Notes: a model not told the origin generated them from the sequence alone. Counted from the whole stretch's first letter, positions 22,665-35,510 are shown. The stretch is 44,516 nt of DNA, filler included, from Jimgerdemannia flammicorona (GCA_003990765.1; 2 parts of 2 records of this genome joined end to end with filler, not necessarily neighbours in it), one strand, 5' to 3'. Numbers and translations: made by a program.

Positions 22665-23471
22665 TTATTTCCCGTCGTTTGGATTTCTAAATATCAACAT
22701 TGCCGAAGAATTTTGCGCGTTCCTATAGAGTGCCAGTTTATGGGAAGCAAAGCTGTAAGGAATTCTTACCATCATGTCATTATTATTGTACGTGTTTCTG
22801 AAATCACGCAGAAAATTTCGGAGTGACCAACCGGACTTACTGTGTTGTATTGATTTTCCAGAGCGGCAGGGAGAGGGTTCATCTTGTGCATGTGGCGGTT
22901 GTGCATTCGTAACTAGGCCTTCCACTGCCAGATTCTCCTTGACCGCCACCGACTCCTCTTTTAAATTTGATTTCTTCGATTGGTTTGCCTCCGCCGGATT
23001 GGCCTTTTTAACTGCTTTCATTGTTGGCCGGAAATAGCAAAAACAAGCCGATTCAATCGGACCAAAAAAAAAAAAAAAAAAAAAATCATCACCGGATAAA
23101 TGACCAACCTTCTTCGCCGAGATAAATGTCACTACGATATTTTTCTTCAGCCTCGGCCGCTCATACTCCCGATGCCATAGCTCCTCTGCGTAAAATAACG
23201 CAAACAATAGTATCAATCATTCCGTATCTTCCAACGCATAACACACATATTTTTTAAGTAATGGCCAGCTGTTCAATCGTATCTATCCCACCACATCATA
23301 AAACTTAAATGTATGGCGCAGGTACTCAATCGTACTCAATGTGCGATACCAGGGTTTTGTGATGCGGCGTACGACTGGAAGCGTCCATTGCACGCCAGTA
23401 TCTGTTAACACGCTCATGCAGTCTGTCGATCCGTTTTCCCATCTGGTCACGCATATCTTCCACGAAAGCAC
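22665..23471 (-). other. Possible multi-exon hypothetical gene or gene fragment
   Basis: Coding-like segment VKKANPAEANQSKK...LRNFLRDFRNTY (~22775-23010) is bounded by a CAG acceptor and a GTAAGA donor. The upstream exons could not be joined cleanly. Confidence 0.25.
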
Positions 23472-23924
23472 CGCATAATTCGCGATTGCTAAAGTCCGAT
23501 CAGACGCATATCTTCAATCGAGTATCTCAAGAGGCGGAATGCCTCAATAACGAGGCTAAGTGAAAATGACGTCTGGCCGCCTCTTTTTATTTTTCACACC
23601 GTAAAAATTTTGCCCTGCAGGGTTGTCTGCGGAGATTCATTGTTCGGTTTGTTGTGGAACCGGGGGGCAGTGTCGCTATTCCAAAACAGCTACAAACGCT
23701 TATCAATGGAAAGAATCATTATGTTGTCAACTACATAAAGTCAACCTTAAATTGATTTTTGAGAGCGATGCATGACTCACTCACTTAACCCACCATCGAA
23801 TAGGCAGATTTGAGGCAGATTTGCGTCCTCGAATACGCATAAGTATATGCACGATCTAAACGTTATTTGGCATAGTCTTATTCTATATTAGTTGACTTTT
23901 GTGGCCGAATTGACGTGCTATATG

Positions 23925-24018
23925 TAGTGCTCCCAACGAATCAAACCGTATCGAAAACCTTGGTTCGATCAACCTGATCAAGCTTCGACTCAGATTCGAC
24001 TCAAAATTCGGAGCACTA
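23925..24018. mobile_element. 94-bp non-autonomous hAT MITE
   Basis: TIRs TAGTGCTCCCAA / TTCGGAGCACTA match at 11/12. The 8-bp flanks GCTATATG / GTTGTATG match at 6/8 and differ by transitions. The interior is made of TCGA/TTCGA motifs. Confidence 0.8.
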
Positions 24019-25160
24019 GTTGTATGTAATGGCGAAAGGGAAGGTTGGATGGCCCCCGAAGCGACGGCGGTCAAGAAATTGCAAACATAAGGCGCATGAA
24101 CGTTCTGGGAATCTCCGCAACATAATATGCAGCTAGGAGGCTGGGCCCCAGCACCACGCATCCCGCAACTTTCCGGGCGCCCTTACGAGAGTCGCCGATT
24201 CCCAAAAATACATCAATTGTAGACTGAAGTCGGGCTGGGGTATGATCAAGTGACAACCGTCCTTAAGAGTGCACACGCCACCATTTCAATCTGGGATTCA
24301 CGCTTAACTTCTGGCCCATTACTACCGACACGCCTTTATTAGCACAAAAAGGGGCATCACTTGTACCACACACAAGCGTCCTCCGCCCCGGTATATGGGA
24401 TCGACAGGATAATCACTTGCTTTTGTCAACTATTAGTGGTCTTCCGGAATTGGATGTATTCGCTGGCCGTCGTTTAGCTAGCCATCTTGAGGCTTCTAAG
24501 ACTATTTCTCACCCCGCTCATCAGCGCTTGATCCATCATGGAGACGGTAAGATACAAAATCTCCGACGTGACTGTGCAATATTCTCGCCCCACGCCGGGT
24601 TCAAGGTAACATTCCCGCATTCGCGTGGGGATGTCCGAATCCACGGACGTGGCGCATCAGGATATTCCTTCGTCACTACTCACCACTCTCGGAGTCGGTT
24701 GGTGGGAGATCGGCATCCCAAGTGTTACTGATCTTGAGTACAAATTTTTACGCCGCGCGTTGCAGACATCGCTATTTGTGTAATAACCTCGTTCGTCGCT
24801 GGCGTAACGGATCATTCCGCATTTCGTTGATGAGAGTTACATGACGGATCAACGTCCAAGAACAGAAAATAAATGGTGTTGGAGGTCCTACCAAATAATG
24901 TGCTGCGCTGTAGAGAAATAACAATAGTTGCAATATTCTGTAATTAATGAAAAAAAAAGAAGAAGAAAAGACTGCGTTTTGGAAAGAGTTAGACTTACGT
25001 GTGCGAAAGTGGACAATATAAATTATTAAATTATTCGCGTCGTACTGTTCCATGAAATGATTGCTTAATTTTTTTTGCCACTGGTCCCTCCCCCCACAAA
25101 AACAAAAAAAAAAAAAAATATAAATTCAAGGTCTAACGATAAATGTATTCATGGCGACTT

Positions 25161-25226
25161 ATCATTTCAACTTGCTTTCCGGTCAGCTGTCGAATCATTT
25201 CAACTTGCTTTCTGGTCAGCTGTCGA
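25161..25226. repeat. 33-bp tandem duplication
   Basis: ATCATTTCAACTTGCTTTC(C/T)GGTCAGCTGTCGA x2. Confidence 0.9.
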
Positions 25227-26161
25227 TTTTGGGAAGCATAAATTGCACACCCCGTTCAATAATTTGCCTACACTTCCGCACCCAGATTGCCGTTCACGTG
25301 GCTGACTAACTTTATCTGCCAGCTCTAGCAACAACGCACCATGACGACCCTCCCCTCGTCGCGATTGCGTCTTATCTTGATATCCTCTCTATTTTTGCCC
25401 TCCGTCTCTGACCACATGGTCTTCCGAGTATATTCCAATCGAAGACTACCATCTTCGTTTTCTAGGGAGCTCTTCCCCAATACCAAGTTGAGCCGCGCCA
25501 ATCGTCCCATCTGGTCCCGGCCCCTTCCGTCACAGCCATGCAAATAAAAGTCCTCTCTACGCACTCTACGCACTCTATCTTCATCTCATACAATTTGCCG
25601 GCCCTTCAATAGGCCATGGTCGGTACGTGAGGTACGTGGTGTCGTGCGGGTTGACCGTGGTGCATCAGGTGCTTTCATGCTCTGACGGAGAATGTCCGCG
25701 GGTAATTGAGACGGTGGTGGAGCAGGTCTATCCCTCAAAGTCGTGGAAAAGGGGACGACGGAGGTGTTGCGCACAGGAACAATAAATAGGTTTTGCATAT
25801 TGGGGCTGACAACCTTTCTCATTGTATGGGTATGGCCACTCGTAAAAAAATTAATATACAGTACTTATTAAGTAATACCCATTACAATAGCGATCGCCCG
25901 AACGGAGTTGGAATTTCTGCATAACGAACCGAAGTCCCGAGTAAACCTAACGCGTGACTCTGTGTCTGTCCGTCGTCCAGTGATTTCGCTTGGTAAGTTA
26001 AAATTTTCAAAAACATTCCGCCGAACGCCACTAGTTCCAATGCAAAGATAAACACACCAAAACCAACTCTCAACCCTGACAAACAATAGTAAACACGGCT
26101 CGTACTCGACTTCCATACCGGCCAACATCTATAAGCGCGCCCCTGTAAGAATTCTATTCGA

Positions 26162-27025
26162 ATGCCAAAGGTCACGGAAAAGAAGGTTGACGACGACGAC
26201 ATTCGTCTTGAGCGCGATCGAGAACGGCAGAAGCGTGCGCAAGCCCTCGGCGCAGAGCGTGAGAGGGACCGCCAGAGAAAGCAGCAACGACGTAAACAAG
26301 AGACCGCCGACGAGCGCAGCACTCGCCTCGAGAAAGACCGACTGAGAAAGCAGCAAAAGCGCGAGAAAGACGCCAACAAGGAGCGCGAGCGGGACCGCGA
26401 GAGGAAGAGGCAAAGACGTGCACAAGAGACCGAAGAGGAGCGCAACGCCCGCCTCGAGAGTGACCGCATAAGAAAGCAGCGAAAGCGTGAGAAAGACGCT
26501 GCCGACGAGAGAGAGAGGGACCGCGAGAGGAAACGGCAGCGGCGCGAGCAAGAGACCATCGACGAGCGAAACGCACGACTCGAGAAGGACCGACAAAGAA
26601 AGCGGCAAAAACGCGAGCAAGAAAGCATAGACGAATGCGACACTGGTATCCAGACGAGAACTGATGCAGAACAACGGAGGTCCGAGCAACAATCGGATTC
26701 TGACGAAGAACGAGAGCATCGCCTTGCCGGAGTCTACAAACGAGCTGATGTAGAAGTCCTGCAACCTCATCGTAATGCCCCACTGCCCCAGTCTGATCTA
26801 CAGCGACGTATTCCGGGGCTTACACCGCACGATCAATTGGTCCTGAGAGAAGTGATCAAGATTGAGCACATCCTCTGTCCGACATGTAACGAGTCCTTTC
26901 AGTCCGTCGCCGCTCTTGGTAAGGAAGAATGCCGACGCTGCATCGCGGTGAGGCCGGTACCGAGAAAATTGTCCACCAAAAAAACGAGAGCTCCGGAACC
27001 CGAAAAGTCTCTTTTGCCTAATTAG
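26162..27025 (+). CDS. 287-aa STPR-like repeat plus C4 zinc-finger protein, resembling the N-terminus of fungal Helitron RepHel proteins
   Basis: Intact ORF. Three 42-aa (126-bp) units containing ETxxERxxRLExDR (26261, 26387, 26513). LCPTCNESF...ECRRC...PRKLS resembles, from memory, the CPTCNERFP...ECRRC...PKKFS segment preceding DUF6570 in fungal Helitron-like proteins. Confidence 0.65.
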   Translation: MPKVTEKKVDDDDIRLERDRERQKRAQALGAERERDRQRKQQRRKQETADERSTRLEKDRLRKQQKREKDANKERERDRERKRQRRAQETEEERNARLESDRIRKQRKREKDAADERERDRERKRQRREQETIDERNARLEKDRQRKRQKREQESIDECDTGIQTRTDAEQRRSEQQSDSDEEREHRLAGVYKRADVEVLQPHRNAPLPQSDLQRRIPGLTPHDQLVLREVIKIEHILCPTCNESFQSVAALGKEECRRCIAVRPVPRKLSTKKTRAPEPEKSLLPN

Positions 27026-28265
27026 AACATTCCCCCGAATTGTGTGCAAAATATTATATTATGGATATCATCGCGCTTATTAATTATCATAGATTTGCGA
27101 TGTCCTGTTTGTAAATACGGAGTTGACTTTCCCATCCTTGTATAGCACACTTCACTAGGTTCAATCAAAGTTCATATTATAGTTCACATTTATATATATG
27201 CAGATAGCTGAAATTCAGGCTCTGCAAATATGCTCACGAGATAACATCGGAGTGAATATTTGAGTACAAGCCACGCGTGTACGACAACAATCAATTAGAT
27301 ACCAAATCAAGGGTTATAAACCTCGGCAAGTGCCTTAAATTATTGACGCTACGTACTGAAGTTCTCGTTTCGAATCATAAACTGAAACGTAAGTACAAGA
27401 GTGGATTGCTATTGCTGAGTTCATTTTTGGAGCTGCTTATTACTTATTGCTTTTTTTTTTTTTTTCCTTCGGAAGAGTCATCTCCACATTTTCAAATAAT
27501 AATTTCTATATTTCAAGCACATTACCCCAGGCTTGGTGAAGGACGGAGTCTGAAAGTATACCGTCCAGAAAATGCGACTACATATGGATGTCAAAATGCT
27601 GACATAATCAAATTGAATTATATAATCACTTCAGCTATCAAATAATTCACTTGACCATGTCTTTTTTTTTTTTTTTTTTTTTGTCCCAAGATGTATATTT
27701 GCCCCGGATGTCGGCTGAATTTGCAGGGAACTCCGTTTGGTTGCTCCAAACAGGCAACCACCCGGCTCTTCACGACTAAACTCGATTAGCAGTTTTGCGT
27801 GGGTGTCACACGTTACCTATTCGTTGACTACTGCCGATATTTCCTTCTCCTCCCGTAACTCTCAATGAAAAAACTTGCATGAAATGACGACAGGGTGCTT
27901 TTGAGGTGCTTTATTGCCAAGCCGTCATTGAAAATCGGCTGTAGCGCTCCACAACGTCAAGGTACGCCTGTTTCGTTTTAGCCACTGAATATCAGTGACA
28001 GTATCCACAATTGAAATCGACAGTTCAATTGCTGAGTCATACATTTCTTTTGTCTGTTACGAGAGCACCTTGTGTAGGTTTTTTCGGGCGGCAGACAATA
28101 ATAGACTGGTGGGCTTGAATGTTTCAGGAAGGGTGAGTGGCTTGGAAGGGGTTATCCTACATGTGTCAGTTCGCAATTTTACTTCGATTCCTCCCACACA
28201 GTACTTATAGACCTTCTCATACAGCCATTCCTCCATGGTGAAACCGGACCATTAGCGAATTCAAC

Positions 28266-29348
28266 ATGAATTCAACCAACTCCAACTCCTCCAGCCAGCT
28301 GCTAATCCCCGATGTTTTGATCACCACAATTGTGGCGTGGACCGGCGTGACTTTCTGCGCTCTCAGTTGTGCTGTTATCGGACGTCAGGCCTTCTTCGAC
28401 TTCAACAAGCTTCGGGTCTGCTGCGTCGTTATTGGTATTGTGGTGCTCGCGATGGAGGTCGCCAATGCCCTGCGCATCTCCGACACGGTTTCGGAAGACA
28501 CTTTTGCCGTGGTGAGGTCAACAAACTTAATCCTGTTCATCGACCTCCTGGTCGCCATCACGTTGGATTTGGGTGGCAGGTTATATTTCCACGATACAGG
28601 TCGTATCAATAGACTTTACTGGGCTACCGTCGTTGCGACAGCGCTTGCCACCGTCATGTTTATCGTCGACATAATCCTGCAAGAAATCCCGAGTACACTC
28701 GCGGCAGGCGCCGCCATCGACCACGTGGTGCGGATTCTTTGGCCAATTGCTGTATTCCTCGCCTACTGGTATGCCTTCAATCCGGTGATCACCCTAAGAG
28801 CGGGCGCGAATGCGGATTCAGAAATGTCAATTGTGCTTGTCGGGGTTTGGTGTGTGAATTTACTCTTACTCTTTCTTGAGCGCTGTAATTTTTTGCCTCG
28901 TCATCTCGCATTAAACTGGCGTGGGTATGTATTTTTCTGGAATAATTGATAGGTACCTCACTGGTATGGGCTTTTTTCTGCTCCTACATAGCATCGCGGT
29001 TACTGTTGCTATCCCATTCCCGTCCCAATATAAAGAATTGAGCATTATTGAAACCGCTATTGCGAGCTGCACCCGGTAATGTATCCACATTTAATGTCCA
29101 ATCCATTTTATTGTCTCCCAAATACATCTTTACTTTATTAATATATTGTATTTTTCAGAGCTGCTCTGCTCGATTTTTACAGCTTCCCACCCTCGAATGC
29201 AATCATCCTCGCCATGCGCCGGTATTTCTTCCCCCGGTCGCTCAGGTCAAAGAGCTTTTTCCCATCCAACTCGGTCCCCTACACGAGTTCTGGACATTTC
29301 GAGCTAGGTATGCAATCCAAGCAATCGGACGAAGTGGGTATGGTTTGA
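28266..29348 (+). CDS. 7-transmembrane (GPCR-like topology) membrane protein, 298 aa; exons 28266-28849, 28953-29075, 29159-29348
   Basis: Two GT-AG introns give an 897-nt open CDS. Seven hydrophobic segments. N-terminal N-glycosylation sequons (MNSTNSNSS) and a polar C-terminal tail. Confidence 0.8.
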
Positions 29349-30049
29349 TTCCGAAGAACCCGGCACGGTAATAAAAATACGCAGAAAGCGCAAGGCTGCC
29401 AACCTCGAGGTGGAAAATAATTATTTACTCCCGGAAAATCTGTAGAAAAAAAAAAAAAAAAAAAAACGACAACAAATAGTCTTTTCAATCTCAGGAGATT
29501 TAGACATTCACTGTCAACTAATTACGTGGCAGCGACGAAGTGGAAAAACAAGTAGTGGTTGGAAAAGGTGATATCGAGCGAGGAACACTCCCTGAATTGA
29601 CATTCAATGAAATTTCGCACGACGGGACCGCTATTACGAAATATAAACTTGGGGAAATAATGCCCAACAGATAGTAAATCTAACCAATGCACGAACAATT
29701 GGCGCAATGAATATTTCCAAAGTCTACAGATAATGGACGAATTTGTGAATTTGTAAAAATCTCGGAAGGCGACTAAAGAGGGTGCTTTAAATAAAAACCC
29801 GACCTTGTTTCATTGAGAGATAAGCTTGATTGTTTGATTTTAAAGCACTCATATCTTGGCGTATGAAATGTATGCTCAATCTGTTGCTTCATCAGGTTTC
29901 AAAGCGGCGTATAACACGTGGCTAGTTTTATCGGGTCTTTTAATAAAATTGCAGGGTCCTTGCGACGCCATGTATAAAATATAGCCGTCAAATTTGGGTC
30001 ACCAGAAGCAGAGCAAACCATACTATTACACCTGAAAAACCGCAACCAT

Positions 30050-31400
30050 AGTCACCACGCCAGACGTGAAAGAATCGACAAGGAGGCACACTTACAACCC
30101 ACATCGCCACGCTAATCCAAACACGCCGACACGATGGCCTTCATGGTTGGTCTCGTCGTCCCTTCGTCAAGCTCCACCACGCAGGAAGAAAAGGGAGGAG
30201 AAAGCAGTCTTCAGAATTACCTCCTCGAGCCCGACCAGCTTCTGCTCGGCTTGTTGACCTCAGCATCGAGCTCAGCGACCAGGGCTTGTAGCTCTGTAAT
30301 TTGTTTTTCAGCTCACCAATGGCCGTGCCGCGCTCTTCGACTTCTGCGCGTGCATTCGCATTCAGCTTGCGGATGACCGTATCGCGTTTCTCGAGCTCAC
30401 CCTTCAGCTTGCTGACTGCGTCTTCTTGAATGCTGCATTTGGACATGATATTCTCGAGCCGGCTAGCTCCTGCTCGGCCTGCCTGTTGACCTCGGCGTCG
30501 AGCTCAGCGGTCAGGGTCGTGATGGTTTGTTCATGCCCTTGGGTTGGACGAGATCAGCTTCAAACACGCGGAGCGAGGCAATTTCGCGGAGCGAGGCAAT
30601 TTCGCGGAGCTCAGCTTCGATCAATTGCAATTTTAGCTCACGAATGATGTCGCCTTTGTTTTGCATCTCGTTCTTCAGCTCCCTTACCAATCTTCTTCAA
30701 CTCACCCGCATCGTCTAACGACTTCTGCAAGACCGCTTTCTCCTCCTTCGGATTTCCCTTCTCTTCCTGCGCGGCGGAGCTTGACGGGGGAAAGACGAGA
30801 CCAACCAGAAAGCTATAGCGTTGGCGTGTTTGGATTGGCGGGACGATGTGGGTAGTGGATGTGCTTCGGTGACACATGAGGCTGGGCGAGTGGGTGGGCG
30901 AGGTGACGGAGATATGTGGATGAGTTTTGAAGTACTTGTCGATTCTTCCACGTCTGACGTGGTCGAAAACGCGATACGGCCATCTGCAAGCGGAATACGC
31001 AAACTGCGGTGGTGCAGGAGGAATTGGAGCATTCATGCGCAGAAGTCGAAGAGCGTAACACGACCATTAGTGAGCTGAAAGCGCAAATTACAAAGCTACA
31101 AGCCCCGACAACTGAGGTCAACAGGTGGACGCAGTAGCTGGCCGGACTCGAGAATATCACGTCCAAATGTAACGCTCAAAAGGACAATCAGCAAGCTGAA
31201 GAGCGAGATCGAGAGACGCGATACGGTCATCGGTGGCAAGCTGAATGCGCAAATTACGGTGGTGCAGAAGGAGTTGGAGCATGCACGCGCAGAAGTCGAG
31301 GGGCATGTACGTACAGAAGTCGAGGAGCGTGATACGGCCATCGGTAAGCTGAAAGCGCAAATCTCGGAGCTACAGGAAGAGTTGGCGGAGCTTAAGTGAT
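30050..31400. repeat. Scrambled inverted duplication of coiled-coil gene segments
   Basis: 30055-30210 is the reverse complement of ~30730-30965 with indels. 30245-30510 is the reverse complement of parts of 31030-31375. Confidence 0.8.
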
Positions 31401-32241
31401 GGCACAGAAGATTGAAAATGTTTACCTGAAAAATACCCTCGCGATGAGATTAAAAAGGTGGAGGCGAATTTTCAGCTTGCGCAACTTTGGGGACAGTTCG
31501 CAACGGCAGACTCCACGGGCAGGCAGTGCAAGGCTCAGTTGGATTGGACTAATGTACATCTGAGACAACAGATGTTCCGCACTGGCGAACCTAGGCAGGA
31601 GCGGAGGCCTGTCTTCGCGCAAGTGCAGGTAGTTCAAACAAGGCCAGCACAGATATTGGGATGATTGCTAGTATCAGGCCAAGCTCGCAGAAATTCGAGG
31701 CAAGCTTGTTTCGTCAAAGCAAGTAATGTCAGAGCTCGCATTACAGAATCAAATGCTCAAGGTGCAGGAAAGACGGTTGGAGGGCGCAATGGCTGATGTG
31801 CAGGTGATCTGGGTGGATGACAGAGGTTTTGTTGATGCAATTGGCAGTGTGCGAAGCGAAAATCACGGAGTTGGAGGCGGAAAAGAAGATTGCCGTCGAG
31901 ACGCAAGATTCGCACGCAGTGAGATATGAAGAGGTCGTCCGGATGAACAATCGTCTGATAAAATGGCTTGAGCAGGCCCAGTCCACTGTCGAGTTAAAAA
32001 AACGGCGATTTGGACGGTTCGAGGAAGAGAAGACGGGGCAGATGTATGTCCTGTCCAGGTCATTGGGAGAGCTGGAGAGGAAGCTGGAGTCCAAGGCGCT
32101 TGAGGAGGATGCCAACTCATGCAAGGACAAGGACACGATTGAGACCCTCCGTTTGGATCTTGCGGAGGCGCAAAACAAGTCCAAACAGCTTGAATAGACC
32201 GTCGAGGTGAGGAAGAAGATTAAAGATCTGGAGCTATATAT

Positions 32242-33647
32242 TGTAACAGTGATCTCAGAATAATGACATCATCACAGGAGACAGCCTTTCCTTGTAAGCC
32301 ACCATAGCAGAGCATAAGAAGATCATATGGCATGATTCACCCAGGTTATAAGATGAGTAATGATGACTAACCATGAGTCATCATGACCACAAGACAGATA
32401 TCTCAAAGAATATAAAAGAAGGATCAAGGAACTACAGTAGCAGCAATCCAAACAAAGCTCATAGAAATAATTTTAAAGATTTACTATAAATAAATATCTG
32501 TTGTTCACCAAATTTCAAGGTCTAGGAACTACCAAGGCCCCTCAGTCTAGGATAGGATGTTCTAAGATATTAGAAGAGCTATGAGGATCTATACAAGAAG
32601 AACTTCTAGCTTTAACCTGGATACTGGTGATCTTTATCATTATATCCTCTACCATCATGAAATGGAAACAAGAATTACTATTGTTATCAAATATCTTTAG
32701 ATGTAGCAAGAGTATGAAATAAGAAATCTCCTCTGCTGGAAATTTCTTTAGGCCAGTCTCCAAGAGATTCAAGATGCTACCCTCATGAATGTATATGAAA
32801 TAAAGATAGCTAAGAAGATTTATCAAGTCTTTAGATATACATTGTAGTTAATTCTCAACTTAAAATATACTAGGATCTCAGACTTTAAAAAACTATCAGC
32901 CTGTTATACAAATATACTAGAGGCCATAGTGGCCACAGAAGCCCAGTTTACTATTACTCTCAATAGTAATGAAGTAGAAGAGTTCTGGTATCCCATTCTC
33001 CAGGAAAATTCAGATCAATTTATATAAGAATTGATTTTAGCATTCTAAGGTTCTAGTATCCAGACTAGACCTCTCCAAGATCACATATTTATTTCTTATT
33101 TTGTAGAAGAGAATATTATAGATTAGAGAGCCTTTGCTGCTGCTGAACATGATAATGACATTAGCAATGATATCATCCTATACAACATATGCAAGATGTA
33201 TGAAGTATGTGAAATAGATAAAATATTCATAGATCTTATTTTCTTCAAAAATATCCTAACCTCTGACAGCAATGAAGATAAAGTTCCCATGGTCCTAAAC
33301 ATTCTGCTTTAAGTTCTTAGTAATACTGAAATCTACTGATATTCTGAACTTGTGCAACCATTCATACAGATACTTGAATTTATACTTACAACTATAGTAT
33401 TCTGTATTTTTTATTTAGTTATTGGAATTTATATTTAGCTTTATAACTTAGCAATTATTGAATTATATTTTGTATAAATACCCCTCTTATTTCCTTTGAA
33501 ATAAAGTCAGTTTCAGTTTACTTATACTCAATTTTATACAAGCAATCTAAGAGATAACAAGACAGTTTAAAGATAAGAAGTTTGAGGACTATAAGACCTT
33601 GAAAAGAATCTGATATATTTGAAGAACTCAGTAACTACTATATGACA
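32242..33647 (+). repeat. 5' LTR of element B (1406 bp)
   Basis: TGTAACAGTG...ATATGACA, collinear with 39331-40858. Confidence 0.93.
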
Positions 33648-33739
33648 ACTTGGTACTTATTAGCTGGTGATTTAAGATGAATCCCTCACTTTCAAGCTAA
33701 AAAATAAACAACTACCATAATAACTACTCTAACTACAAG

Positions 33740-34760
33740 AGTTATCCCCTGTAAGAATTCAAGATAAGATAAAAATGCATCCCTCTACATTCTATAGATA
33801 TATTACTGAAGAGTCAATTGAAGACTTTGAACAATTTACTACTATATAAGCTCTTGCCATAAATATACAATTGGCCCTTCTATCTATCAGTCTCAGAGGA
33901 CCTATCAGAGATAAGTTCAATGCAGCCACCATTACTAATGCTGGTGTAGCCAAACTTGCCAATATGAAGACCTTTCTCAGAACTACATACTATACTGAAG
34001 AGATCAAGTAAGCTCTCAAGAATCAACTCAACACTATCTACCAGGAACTCAGTAAAGATCCCAACTCATTCTATACCTGAATCTACTATCAGATTGTTTT
34101 AGCTGGCTATAATGATACCCTCAAGGAACAAATAGCTGATTCAATCTTCCTCAAAGGAGTTTATCCTGAAATTGCCCTAACAATCCAGTCTATCCTAACT
34201 GCTCTGACTCTTGACTAGAAAGTAGTCTTTGTACAGAGATATTGAACTGCCAGACACTCTTTTGAATACTCAATAGAGAAAATAACTGACATCAAGATAG
34301 AGCTATCAAAGCTAATCAGTATCATATCTACTACAGTTGTAAACAGACAATCATCCCCACCTACCCCCAAGATAACCAAAGCTGACCCAGTAGAAGAACT
34401 TACTAAGCAGTTTGCTAAGATGACTGCATATCTTAGTAATATTGTTAGAGAAGTCTGAAGTGCCAACAAGAGACCAGTACAGAGATTTGCAGTTACTACA
34501 AAAGAATATAATATCATATACTTCAGATGTGGAGAAGAAGGCCACTATGTAAAGAGTTGCATAATCAAAACAAGATATAAAAACCAACTAAGCAATGCTA
34601 TCAGAATCAGAGAACAAATCAATACAGTAGTCATCAAGGAGATTGGTAATACTGATGATAAAGAATACTATAAGGAGCCTGAATTCTACCCTGTTACTGA
34701 AGATACCAGAATCTGGTCCAAGCTCTATGACAAGAAGGGGGCAATAGCAAGCCAGTTGGA
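33740..34760 (+). pseudogene. gag with CCHC zinc knuckle
   Basis: Gag-like ...ALKNQLNTIYQE..DPNSFY...IFLKGVYPEI. The knuckle reads YFRCGEEGHYVKSC at ~34519-34560, with the first C mutated TGC>TAC. Boundaries approximate. Confidence 0.8.
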
Positions 34761-35139
34761 AGACTAAAGAAGACCCCAGCTATCACTATTCAAAGCAAGA
34801 TCCAATCTGAGGAGATTGATTAAGATATAGAGTTAGATGAAGCTACCTGCCAAATTATTGAAGGCACTACTCCAGTCTTAGGAGAAAGTGAAAGCAAGAA
34901 AGAACAAAAGCTGCACAAGAATAAGATCTATCAGTATAATACATATCTACAAGGATCTCAAGGAACAGAAGGTCAATGCTACTTTTGGACAACTAGCTGA
35001 AGTCCCTGCCTTCAGACAGCAGTTGAGAGTAGGACTTGCAATCACTGTCAAGAATCAAGAGTACAAGATTGTAGAAGCTCACAATATACAAGAAGAATCT
35101 GAAGACTCAGGCAAAGAATCTAAAAACTAGCATAAGATA

Positions 35140-35510
35140 TCAGCCTATACTCTATGTCAGATCAAAGATAGTATCTTTGATGCCATTATTGATACTAGTA
35201 CTGGAGGATACCTTATGAGTAAGAAGACAATTGACTATCTAGACTGAGACATTGAAGAGTCTACCAAAATAGTCTATATCACAGCAGATAGTATACAAGC
35301 TACCCCCCTAGGTAAGATCTGAGAAGTCTCCATCAAGATTGGAGGAGCTACTATTCCAGTATATATGATTGTTACAAGTACCACCAACTATGATATCCTA
35401 ATTGACAACTAATGGCTTCATAAGGCCAAGGCTGTTATTGACCTCAATGCCCAGAAGATACAGATCAACTATAAAGAAAGAAAGATATAAGTCTCTATTA
35501 ATATCTATAA
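35140..35510 (+). pseudogene. Aspartic protease
   Basis: DAIIDTSTGGYLMS (DTG>DTS by G>A), with YDILIDN*WL at the C-terminal motif. Confidence 0.85.

Noticed and set aside
25882..26783. Three long minus-strand ORFs
   Set aside because: Antisense shadows of the R/E/K-rich repeat ORF 26162-27025.
27140..27160. CACTAG as a Helitron 3' end
   Set aside because: No upstream GC-rich hairpin, and it is not followed by T.
32542..32826. Minus-strand ORF open in both LTRs (also 39598-39894)
   Set aside because: Antisense to the LTR accessory ORF, which has the cross-family homology. No independent support.
33651..33670. Assigning a specific primer tRNA to the PBS
   Set aside because: The sequence is deaminated and no tRNA set is available. 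Only the TGG start and position are secure.
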